A DNA stretch of 27,579 nt from positions 1-27,579 of the forward strand of contig DAIDHG010000009.1 in assembly GCA_027452085.1 (NCBI GenBank), in the 5' to 3' direction. Position numbers and translations under genes: made by a program. Positions 17,300 through 25,184 of the stretch are shown in pieces. Position 1 is the first letter of the stretch, and each line of letters begins with the position of its first letter. Under the pieces are notes generated by a model. The model made no database searches, was not told the origin of the DNA, and saw nothing but the letters and a program-made list of their open reading frames with translations. This DNA comes from a bacterium. GTDB taxonomy: Bacteria > Babelota > Babeliae > Babelales > JABCYS01.

Positions 17300-17328
17300 A
17301 AAGTAGAGCTCCTTGCTTTAAAATGCAA
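17300..17328 (-). promoter_or_regulatory. Putative transposase promoter
   Basis: Minus strand TTGCAT-N17-TACTTT inside the IS, about 40 nt upstream of the transposase ATG. Confidence 0.55.
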
Positions 17329-17365
17329 GCCTAGACGGATCTTTCATTCATTTGCGGAAGTCCTG

Positions 17366-17626
17366 TATGATACTTAACTCTGATCTCGGCTGCGCGGGTC
17401 GCTAGTTCAATGGATAGAGGAATGAATCTATGCCTGCTTTAAATAAGACATGCTCAAATTGACGAAAATTATGCGGGGCTCGTGTATAGAATTTAATGAG
17501 CACCTCGGTAGCATTTACCGTGCACATTGCTAATGTATATGCCGCATTGAGTTGTTCAATTGCCCAATTGATATGCTTTTCCTCAAATGCAATGGCAATG
17601 ATTGGGGAGGCGTCGACAATCAACAT
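17366..17626 (-). pseudogene. vapC: VapC-type PIN-domain toxin pseudogene (frameshifted and IS-truncated)
   Basis: MLIVDAS...NATEVL is a PIN N-terminus. After ...AGID a second frame continues FIPLSIELATRAAEIRVKYH up to the IS end. The C-terminal acidic catalytic residues are absent. Confidence 0.8.
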
Positions 17627-17650
17627 TACTGACCGTTCTTATCTTGAATA

Positions 17651-17815
17651 CTAATCGCCCCAAACAATATCTTTTTCAGGTTTTGTAACTGGTTTTGCTT
17701 TGCCACCCCTTAGTCCAACACCGGCCATTTCGCGCCAATCGAATTTTTTAGTTGCTTTCTTTTGAGGCGCTGCTTTCTTTACGCGTCGTGCCGCAGTTTT
17801 TTTTATCGTTTTCAT
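17651..17815 (-). CDS. Small basic protein, putative antitoxin (54 aa)
   Basis: Read by eye: MKTIKKTAARRVKKAAPQKKATKKFDWREMAGVGLRGGKAKPVTKPEKDIVWGD*. It lies immediately upstream of vapC. Confidence 0.65.
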   Translation of the reverse strand: MKTIKKTAARRVKKAAPQKKATKKFDWREMAGVGLRGGKAKPVTKPEKDIVWGD

Positions 17816-17857
17816 GGCTTTTCTTTATGATTTGTTGACCTGGTAAGTCTAGCGTGT

Positions 17858-19339
17858 TTATTCGATAGTGCGAGACAGGTGCTCAATACATTGTTTAATG
17901 CGCTTGAGGCTTTCTTGTGTGCCGATCGCATTGAATAGTTCAAATACGCCAGGAGCAGCCGTTTTGCCCGTTAAGGCTATACGAATTGGCTGCGCGAGGT
18001 TGGGAAATTTTGTGTTCATCGAGGCCACGAGCTTTTTGCCGAGCGTGGTTAATTCAACTACCGGCCATTGGCGGGGCTCTGATTCTACACGTGCCACAAA
18101 TTGTTCAAGAAGAGCAATCGTCTCAGGTGTTTGAAACGGTTGAAGTTCTGCCGGGCTTGGTGTGCCTGGTTCATTTAGGTTTACTATCTCATCGCGAATT
18201 TCTTTGAGCGTATGGCATCGTTTTTTATAGAGGCCGATAAGTTCAATGAGTTGCGGTTCTTTAAAAAGAGGAGCCTTTTGTAATAGGTCGGAATCAACAT
18301 ACTTTATTAATTCGGCATACAAAGCCGCATTGTCTGCGGCATGCATATATTGGCTATTTACCCAATTCAATTTTACCAGATCAAAGATTGCGCCTTTTTT
18401 ATTCACATCACTGAGCGCAAAAAGACTGATGAGCTCTTGGCGGGTAAATAGTTCCTGATCGCCATGCGACCAACCAAGCCGAACCAAATAGTTAAACAAA
18501 GCTTCGGGGAGATATCCTTCTTTTTGGTAATCAATCACTGCCACGGCATTATCACGCTTGCTTAATTTCTTGCCTGATGGGCCCAATATTAATGGAATAT
18601 GCGCAAAGCGCGGCATGGCAAAGCCAAGCGCTTGGTACAGAAGGATCTGTTTTGGGGTGTTTGAAATATGTTCTTCGCCGCGAATGATATGGCTAATGTT
18701 CATATATGCATCATCAGCGACCACCACAAAATTATACATTGGTGTGCCATCAGAGCGTGCAATAATAAAATCATCAAGTTGATCCGCATCAACCGTGATC
18801 GTGCCATGCACCAAATCATCCCATGAAATGGGGCCTGAGCTAAACGGCAATTTGAAGCGAATTGCATACCCTTCAATACATTCATCACCGCCTTCCGGCT
18901 TTGACGAACAGTCAGGGCCAGCAAGTTCTTTTTTTCTTCCCATGTTTTCTGGTCTGCAGGTGCCTGGATATTTGAGCACCGAGCCGGTCTCAATCTCCTG
19001 CTCCTTGGCAGACTCGAGCTCCTGCACCGAGCAATAGCATTTATATGCTTTGCCTTCATCAATTAATTTTTGCATTAAACGCTTGTGCTCATCAAGGCGT
19101 TCGCTTTGGATGACCGGTGGTTCATCACTTGCCAATCCCAGCCACTCAAGGGCAGCCAAAATGCTCTGCAGATACTCGGGCTTTGATCGTTCACGATCGG
19201 TATCTTCAATGCGCAGCAAAAAAGCACCATTCAGGTGGCGCGCAAAGAGCCAGTTAAAGATTGCTGCGCGTGCACCACCGACATGTAGATGCCCAGTGGG
19301 TGATGGTGCAAAACGAACTCGTGGTGTTTGATTACTCAT
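17858..19339 (-). CDS. gltX: Glutamate--tRNA ligase
   Basis: RFAPSPTGHLHVGG (HIGH), RIEDTD, IRGEEH, KKLSKR (KMSKS) and anticodon domain PIRIALTG. Start at ATG 19339. Confidence 0.97.
   Translation of the reverse strand: MSNQTPRVRFAPSPTGHLHVGGARAAIFNWLFARHLNGAFLLRIEDTDRERSKPEYLQSILAALEWLGLASDEPPVIQSERLDEHKRLMQKLIDEGKAYKCYCSVQELESAKEQEIETGSVLKYPGTCRPENMGRKKELAGPDCSSKPEGGDECIEGYAIRFKLPFSSGPISWDDLVHGTITVDADQLDDFIIARSDGTPMYNFVVVADDAYMNISHIIRGEEHISNTPKQILLYQALGFAMPRFAHIPLILGPSGKKLSKRDNAVAVIDYQKEGYLPEALFNYLVRLGWSHGDQELFTRQELISLFALSDVNKKGAIFDLVKLNWVNSQYMHAADNAALYAELIKYVDSDLLQKAPLFKEPQLIELIGLYKKRCHTLKEIRDEIVNLNEPGTPSPAELQPFQTPETIALLEQFVARVESEPRQWPVVELTTLGKKLVASMNTKFPNLAQPIRIALTGKTAAPGVFELFNAIGTQESLKRIKQCIEHLSRTIE
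18862..18924 (-). repeat. Palindromic hairpin element in frame within gltX
   Basis: Minus strand TTGC-tgg-CCCTGAc-TGTTCGTCA-aa-GCC-GGAA-GGC-gg-TGATGAATG-tatTGAAGGG-tat-GCAA folds into a nested hairpin with a GNRA loop. It encodes about LAGPDCSSKPEGGDECIEGYA. Confidence 0.6.
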
Positions 19340-19354
19340 AGGTGTAGGCAATAG

Positions 19355-20044
19355 TTATGTGGTCATTCGCTGTTGCACTAGACCAAGCCACGGTGATGGA
19401 ATTGGTCGGGCGCCGCGTTGGCCAATGTCACGAATAGTGCGCCATGCCTGTGAGGCTTTTTCATTTTCGCCATGCTGTGCGTAGTATTCTCCTAAGCAAT
19501 AGAGAGCGAAATCTTGCACATCGTTATTGGCGTTGTTGGCAAGCTTGGTCAATTCATCAAGCCCTTCTTGGATCATGTCTGGTTGATCGAGCTTTATTAA
19601 GGCAAGCTTGGTAGCATATAAGCCAAACAACGGATTATCAGTTGGGTTAGCTGGTGCTAAGGCAAGCATTTTCTTCAATAATTCAATTGCTTCTTTTGTG
19701 TTGCCTCTCTTTAATGCCACATCAGCCTGCATGCCAAGAAAGAATGGTGCTAAGCGCGTATTAGAAAACTGTTTGTACCCACTTTTGAACGCCGCCTCCG
19801 CTTCTTCAAGGATCATATCTTTTTTAGCCTGATCCTTCTCGTCTGTATTCATGGCATTTTCATAAATGCCATAACTTTCTGCAAAGAGTTGATTTGCCTC
19901 TGCTTCACGATTATTGGCGTAGGCGTCATAGGCATAATAGCCGCCGATCAAAACGGCGCCTGCAGCAACGGCAATTGCTCCTACACGCATATAACGGAAT
20001 GAAAGAATGTTATCCCAGAGAGAGCCAGAAGATAGATGTTCCAT
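19355..20044 (-). CDS. Membrane-anchored TPR-like protein (YfgM / ancillary SecYEG subunit-like)
   Basis: Single N-terminal TM (GAIAVAAGAVLIGGYYAY) followed by Ala-rich TPR-like helices. Confidence 0.75.
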   Translation of the reverse strand: MEHLSSGSLWDNILSFRYMRVGAIAVAAGAVLIGGYYAYDAYANNREAEANQLFAESYGIYENAMNTDEKDQAKKDMILEEAEAAFKSGYKQFSNTRLAPFFLGMQADVALKRGNTKEAIELLKKMLALAPANPTDNPLFGLYATKLALIKLDQPDMIQEGLDELTKLANNANNDVQDFALYCLGEYYAQHGENEKASQAWRTIRDIGQRGARPIPSPWLGLVQQRMTT

Positions 20045-20100
20045 GTGATCCTTTATTTGGACAAATATTTTAGTGTGGGCGTTACGTTACCAAAGAAACT

Positions 20101-20137
20101 AAAAACCCTCAATACTTCATGAAGTATCGAGGGTTTT
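20101..20137 (-). terminator. Intrinsic terminator downstream of rpmF
   Basis: Minus strand AAAACCCTCGATACTTC-at-GAAGTATTGAGGGTTTTT, a long hairpin with one G-U pair that ends in a U-run. Confidence 0.65.
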
Positions 20138-20159
20138 CTTGTACACGGAAATTTGTGTG

Positions 20160-20169
20160 NNNNNNNNNN
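20160..20169. other. Assembly gap (10 N)
   Basis: Run of N characters. Confidence 1.
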
Positions 20170-20517
20170 GCCGCCCGGTAGGCCTCGAAGCGCTCGCTGG
20201 CCGTTGTTATCTCCCGCAGGTCTGCCAGGAAGCCGATCCGCTTGTGGCCCCCTGCTGCCAGGTGCTTCACCGCCGCTCATACGTTTTGCGACTGCTTGCT
20301 CGCGAGCGGTACGTGTTTGCACTCGTTTTGCTGTGCGTTCAGCCTTGGTAACCATGATCTTGCGTCCTTTATAGTGCCCGCAATTTAAGCACACTTGGTG
20401 TGGCATAATTGCTTCTTTGCACTGCCCGCAGGTAGCAAGCGCTTTTACCTTAATGCCTTTATTTGCAAAGCGGGAATCTCGGCGGGCGCGGGAGCGTTTT
20501 CGTTTAGGTACTGGCAT
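20170..20517 (-). CDS. rpmF: 50S ribosomal protein L32 (Zn-ribbon form) with a long C-terminal extension; 3' end lost in the gap
   Basis: MPVPKRKRSRARRDSR, CGQC...PHQVCLNCGHYKGR. The frame stays open into the N gap. Confidence 0.93.
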
Positions 20518-20557
20518 GGTTAGAACTCCAATAAATTCTTATTAATTAGGGAGCTGC

Positions 20558-20586
20558 AGTATGGCAAAAAACAGTTCATTCAGCAA
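20558..20586 (-). promoter_or_regulatory. Putative promoter for rpmF
   Basis: Minus strand TTGCTG-N17-CATACT with a TGn extension, about 40 nt upstream of the ATG. Confidence 0.45.
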
Positions 20587-20605
20587 GGCCTTAGGGCAGC
20601 AAGGG

Positions 20606-21694
20606 TCAAAATGGCCGCGGCGATTCATACAACCCGGCTATATTTTGGATAAGCGAGCCGGCAATCTGGAGTTGGAAAAGCGGGCCGTGTAGTTTGGCCG
20701 CATCGATCTCGAGCGCGTCTGCGAGATCGTCGAGCGATTGTGCCTGTTCTGAGCACAAGATCTGAATTCTCTGGGCCAATGGTAGATCTTTGGAATCCAC
20801 TTTCTTTTGGTCGGGATCGCTATTTCCAATAACCGAAATTCCCAGCGTTTCTAAAATATCGTGCGCCGATTGCACCAAGCCGGCACCTTGTTGTAGCAGG
20901 CTATGGCACCCTGCGCTCAGCGCGTCATCGATCTGCCCAGGCACGGCTAACACTTCTCGCCCCTGTTCGAGCGCATATTTGGCTGTTATGAGAGCGCCGC
21001 TTTTGGCCGCAGCCTGTACAACCACACAGGTGTGGCTTAATCCAGCAATGATCCGATTGCGCGCCGGGAAATTGCCTTGGCTCGGATCCATAGCCAGAGG
21101 GAAGGGTGATAGGATGGTGCCGCCAGCGTCGAGTATGGAACTAAATAATTTTTTATTCTCAGGTGGATATGGCTTTAATAAGCCCGAGCCGAGCACGACC
21201 ACTGTTTTACCCTTGGCTTGGATCGTCTCATAATGCGCATAGGCATCAATGCCTCGAGCTCCGCCGCTGACAATAGTGCAGCCATGCTCAACCAATGGTG
21301 GGATTAATGAGCTCAGTACTCGTTTGCCGTAGCTATTGGCAGCGCGTGAGCCAACAAAGGCGCAGGCGCGATCGCTACTTGGATGTGCGCCTTGGAAATA
21401 GAGCACCGGTGGCGGTGCGTAGATATTTTTGAGGCGTTCAGGATAGTCGGTATCAAGAATAGTAATGATATGTGCGTTGCATCGATTGAGCTGCGCAAGT
21501 TCTTTTTCAATGGCATCACTGTTGGCCAAGTCCAGTGTAATTTGTTTGGCTGCGGCTGGGGTAATGCCGGCATGTTGAGAAATTTCATGTGCCGACATTT
21601 GTGGTAGTGATCCCAGATGCGGTAGTAGCTTTTGCACCGTCACCGGCCCGATGCCGTGCATGAGATGTAATTGAACTAATAAATTTCTTTGCAT
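20606..21694 (-). CDS. dprA: DNA-processing protein DprA/Smf
   Basis: Motifs YPERL..I..PPPVLY, VGSR, VSGGARGID, FPARNRIIAGLS, SGALITA and GREVLAVPG, plus a C-terminal winged helix. Confidence 0.95.
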   Translation of the reverse strand: MQRNLLVQLHLMHGIGPVTVQKLLPHLGSLPQMSAHEISQHAGITPAAAKQITLDLANSDAIEKELAQLNRCNAHIITILDTDYPERLKNIYAPPPVLYFQGAHPSSDRACAFVGSRAANSYGKRVLSSLIPPLVEHGCTIVSGGARGIDAYAHYETIQAKGKTVVVLGSGLLKPYPPENKKLFSSILDAGGTILSPFPLAMDPSQGNFPARNRIIAGLSHTCVVVQAAAKSGALITAKYALEQGREVLAVPGQIDDALSAGCHSLLQQGAGLVQSAHDILETLGISVIGNSDPDQKKVDSKDLPLAQRIQILCSEQAQSLDDLADALEIDAAKLHGPLFQLQIAGSLIQNIAGLYESPRPF

Positions 21695-21700
21695 GTGTTT

Positions 21701-21734
21701 AAAAAATAACGGCGGACCAGGTTAAGATCCGCCG
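21701..21734 (-). terminator. Intrinsic terminator after gyrA
   Basis: Minus strand CGGCGGA...TCCGCCG stem followed by TTATTTTTT. Confidence 0.7.
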
Positions 21735-21752
21735 CTGGTAAAATACCTATTG

Positions 21753-24320
21753 TTATTGAGGCAATTCGTCGAGCATAAATACCGTTGTCTGCCCTTCATC
21801 AATGCCCTCTGCCTTTTGCGCAGGAGCTATGATGTCGGCCGGTCCGGTTTCTTCTTCATGAGAATCAGAGCCATTATGATTCTCTTCAAAGGCGACCATG
21901 CCCACCAAATGTTGGCCATCATCAAGCTTAATAAGTCGTACCCCATTGGCTGATCGGCTCATGGTACGAATTTCCTGTGAAGGAAGTCGAATGATCTTAC
22001 CAACTGAATCAATCAACAGCACGTTTGAGCTGTCTGAAACGCGTACCAAGCCAATTACATCGCCATTGCGCTTGGTAGTAGGTATGGTGCGCACGCCAAG
22101 CCCGCCACGGTGTGTTTGTCTAAAGTCTGCGCTGTTTACGCGCTTGCCGTAACCATTTGCAGTCGCAAAGAGAATGTCCGTCGGCTTTGATAGAATTTCC
22201 ATGCCCACCACATGATCATCTTTTTTGCAGCGAATACCGATTACGCCAGCAGCTTCTCGGCCCATAGAGCGCACTTCACTTTCCTTAAAGTGTATGCCCT
22301 GCCCCTTAGCCGTTGCAACAATGATATCATCATTGCCGCTGCTCACCGCGCAATAGGCCAAATCATCGCCTGGCTCTAGGGTGATTGCACGGATGCCCGA
22401 GGTGCGAATGTTTGCAAAACGCATTGCGTCTACCCGCTTCATCGTGCCGTTTTTGGTTACCATCACAATGAATTTATTTTCCATGCCACGTAAGCAGAGC
22501 AGTTTTACCACCTTTTCGCCTTGGCCAAGCGCTAATAGATTTACAATAGCGCGACCACGAGCAGTGCGTGATGCTTCAGGCACTTCATACACATTCATGC
22601 TATACACGCGGCCAAGTGAGGTGAAGAAGAGCAGCTCATCGTGGTTGCGCGCAACGAATAAATCTTCAATCAGATCATCTACCTCTTCAAGGTCAGACAT
22701 ACCCATCTTCCCTTTGCCGCCGCGATGTTGGAGTTGATATACCGAAATCGGCACGCGCTTGATATACCCTTTGCGCGTTATGGTTACCACCACCTCTTCA
22801 TCAGGAATTAAGTCTGCGGCAGAAAGGATGCCGGCGTCACCACCAAGTTGCGTTTTGCGCTTGTCACCAAACTCTTCTTTGGTCTTTTCAAGCTCTTTAA
22901 TGATTTCATCATAGAGACGGGAACGATCTTGAATAATTGAGCTGAGTTCGGCAATGCTTGCCTTTAGCTCGGCAACTTCGGCATTAATTTTTTCTTGCTC
23001 CAAGCCAGTCAAACGCTGTAAGCGCATGTCCAGAATAGCTTTGGCTTGCTCCTCAGAAAGCTTGAAGCTTGCATGCAATTTTTCTATCGCTTCTTGCGCC
23101 GTTGCAGATTTCTTAATCATCTGTACAACGTCATCAATCGAGCCAAGTGCAATTAAGAGACCCTGCAGAATATGCTCGCGTGCCTGCGCCTTTTTAAGAT
23201 CGTATACCGAGCGCTTATAGACAACCTCTTCCCGGTGTGCCAAAAACTCTTGGAGCATTTCACGCAGCGTGAAGATCATTGGCTTATTATCCAAGAGTGC
23301 CAACATGAGCATATGGATATTTGTTTCAAGATCCGTGTATTTATAGAGCTGATTGAGAATCAATTGAGGATCTTCGCCGCGTTTTACATCAATAACCAGG
23401 CGAATCCCTTTTTTATTTGATTCATCACGAATATTGGTAATGCCTTCGATCACCTTCTCTTTGACCAACTCAGCAATCTTAATCGTTAACTCAGCTTTAT
23501 TGACCTGATACGGGAGCTCCGTGATAACAACAGCTGACCCTTTTTTCGTTTCTTCAATCTCAACGATACCGCGCACCGTCATGCTGCCACGGCCAGTCTG
23601 ATAGGCCTTAATGATGCCTGAGCGGCCGCAGATAATACCGCCGGTTGGGAAATCTGGTGCTTGAATAATGCTAAATAATTGTTCATCGCTCATATCGCGA
23701 TTGCGAATCATCGCCAAGCAGCCATCGATAACTTCAGTTAAATTGTGCGGCGGAATGGTTGTCGCCATACCAACGGCAATTCCTGAGGTACCGTTCATTA
23801 AGAGGTGAGGGAGCTTGCTCGGTAGAATGACCGGCTCAACGGTAGATTCATCAAAATTTGGTACAAATGGAACGGTTTCTTTATCTAAATCAGACAAAAT
23901 TTCATCAGAGATCTTTTTCATGCGTACTTCGGTGTATCGCATAGCCGCTGCGTTGTCTCCGTCAACCGAACCCCAGTTACCTTGGCCATCTAAGAGCGGA
24001 TATCTCTTTGAGAAATCCTGCACCATGCCCACCATGGTATTGTACACCGCTTGGTCACCATGAGGGTGGTATTTACCAAGCACTTCACCCACCACACGCA
24101 CCGACTTATGGTACGGGCGATTGTAATGATACCCTTGTGTGTGCATTGCATACAAAATGCGCCGATGAACCGGCTTTAAACCATCGCGAACATCAGGGAG
24201 CGCACGGCTCACCACAACAGACATCGCATAGTCTAAAAATGAGGATTTGAGTTCATCCTCAATCAGGATCGGCTTGATGCCGGCAACAGGTAATTTGGCT
24301 TGATTTGGTGGGATTTCCAT
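21753..24320 (-). CDS. gyrA: DNA gyrase subunit A
   Basis: RALPDVRDGLKPVHRR, YHPHGD, catalytic AAAMRYTE, GyrA-box QHRGGKG, beta-pinwheel repeats and an acidic tail. Confidence 0.98.
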   Translation of the reverse strand: MEIPPNQAKLPVAGIKPILIEDELKSSFLDYAMSVVVSRALPDVRDGLKPVHRRILYAMHTQGYHYNRPYHKSVRVVGEVLGKYHPHGDQAVYNTMVGMVQDFSKRYPLLDGQGNWGSVDGDNAAAMRYTEVRMKKISDEILSDLDKETVPFVPNFDESTVEPVILPSKLPHLLMNGTSGIAVGMATTIPPHNLTEVIDGCLAMIRNRDMSDEQLFSIIQAPDFPTGGIICGRSGIIKAYQTGRGSMTVRGIVEIEETKKGSAVVITELPYQVNKAELTIKIAELVKEKVIEGITNIRDESNKKGIRLVIDVKRGEDPQLILNQLYKYTDLETNIHMLMLALLDNKPMIFTLREMLQEFLAHREEVVYKRSVYDLKKAQAREHILQGLLIALGSIDDVVQMIKKSATAQEAIEKLHASFKLSEEQAKAILDMRLQRLTGLEQEKINAEVAELKASIAELSSIIQDRSRLYDEIIKELEKTKEEFGDKRKTQLGGDAGILSAADLIPDEEVVVTITRKGYIKRVPISVYQLQHRGGKGKMGMSDLEEVDDLIEDLFVARNHDELLFFTSLGRVYSMNVYEVPEASRTARGRAIVNLLALGQGEKVVKLLCLRGMENKFIVMVTKNGTMKRVDAMRFANIRTSGIRAITLEPGDDLAYCAVSSGNDDIIVATAKGQGIHFKESEVRSMGREAAGVIGIRCKKDDHVVGMEILSKPTDILFATANGYGKRVNSADFRQTHRGGLGVRTIPTTKRNGDVIGLVRVSDSSNVLLIDSVGKIIRLPSQEIRTMSRSANGVRLIKLDDGQHLVGMVAFEENHNGSDSHEEETGPADIIAPAQKAEGIDEGQTTVFMLDELPQ

Positions 24321-24446
24321 AAGTCTCCAATGTCAACTTTGTATAATTTTTTGTTGGAGAATATTGTAGCAAAAAATTAATAAAACGGCGATTGTTAAAT
24401 CTTTGCCATCATGATTGCAGGAATATTTGAATGAGAGCAGAGTTGC

Positions 24447-24827
24447 TCAATCAAATAATGTGTATGAAACAACTGCTGAAAGCGCCAATAGTAGCGCAAG
24501 TTTGATCGAAGTGCTCAGTTGCGTTCGATTTGCGACCGTCTGCGTCTCATGTACTTCATGAACGCGCTGTGCTTGATTTGCAAGACGGCTTTCCAGAGAT
24601 TTAATTTGTTGCGAGACCAGATTCACCTGCTCTTCGATTGCTAAAAAATGTTGCTGTTGCATGTACAAAATCTGAGCCATGATTTCATCCATGGGCTGAC
24701 TCGACTTCTTTTCTTCATCATTATAGGCGGTCAGGCTTGAAGAAAGCTTTGCTGGCTTTTCGCCCGCGTGTAGCAGCGCTGGTAAACCTATTAATATACC
24801 GATGCACATTTTTAAACCATTAATCAT
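24447..24827 (-). CDS. Hypothetical coiled-coil protein with signal peptide and C-terminal TM
   Basis: Start uncertain (24848/24827/24809). Signal-like IGILIGLPALLHA, a Gln-rich heptad region and C-terminal LALLLALSAVVSYTLF. Confidence 0.65.
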   Translation of the reverse strand: MINGLKMCIGILIGLPALLHAGEKPAKLSSSLTAYNDEEKKSSQPMDEIMAQILYMQQQHFLAIEEQVNLVSQQIKSLESRLANQAQRVHEVHETQTVANRTQLSTSIKLALLLALSAVVSYTLFD

Positions 24828-25184
24828 TAGTAATATCCAATCACTCATATGGTGGTTTTTATTATGCTCAAGCTTGCATGAACAAAATTCGATGCGCAAG
24901 CGTGTTTTGAAATAGATGATCGAATTATTAGGTAAACGGCGTGCCTCTAAACTAGATAATGTAAAAAAGCCGGCAAACAACCCCATTTTTCTTATAGTCA
25001 AAACAAGATGATCTTTTGGTAAAAAACCGTCGTTTCCTGTCCATACGTGTGGTTTTAAAGCTGTCGCAAAGTGAACGGTTACAGATTGTATTGGCACGAA
25101 GTAGATACAGGCCCGCTCTTTTATATACCAGCCAAATCGGGTACATTTATTCAATAGACGGATCTGGTTGTCGGGAGATGATGA

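Larger units (their letters stand above)
16222..17365 (-). mobile_element. IS701-like insertion sequence (about 1.14 kb)
   Basis: Terminal inverted repeats CAGGACTTACGCA (16222-16234) and TGCGGAAGTCCTG (17353-17365, reverse complement CAGGACTTCCGCA), TA on both flanks, one DDE transposase. Confidence 0.9.

Noticed and set aside
20053..20159. C-terminal part of the 154-aa rpmF ORF beyond the N gap
   Set aside because: The frame across a gap of placeholder length is meaningless, and this segment contains a terminator-like hairpin.
24849..25154. N-terminal 100 aa of the 235-aa minus-strand ORF and the 64-aa ORF at 24952-25146
   Set aside because: No SD or protein-like composition. A signal peptide appears only from about 24830, so this is more likely the divergent promoter region for lon.
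24321..25184. Possible replication origin near gyrA
   Set aside because: No TTATCCACA-type DnaA box cluster was seen, and there is no dnaA, dnaN or gyrB nearby.
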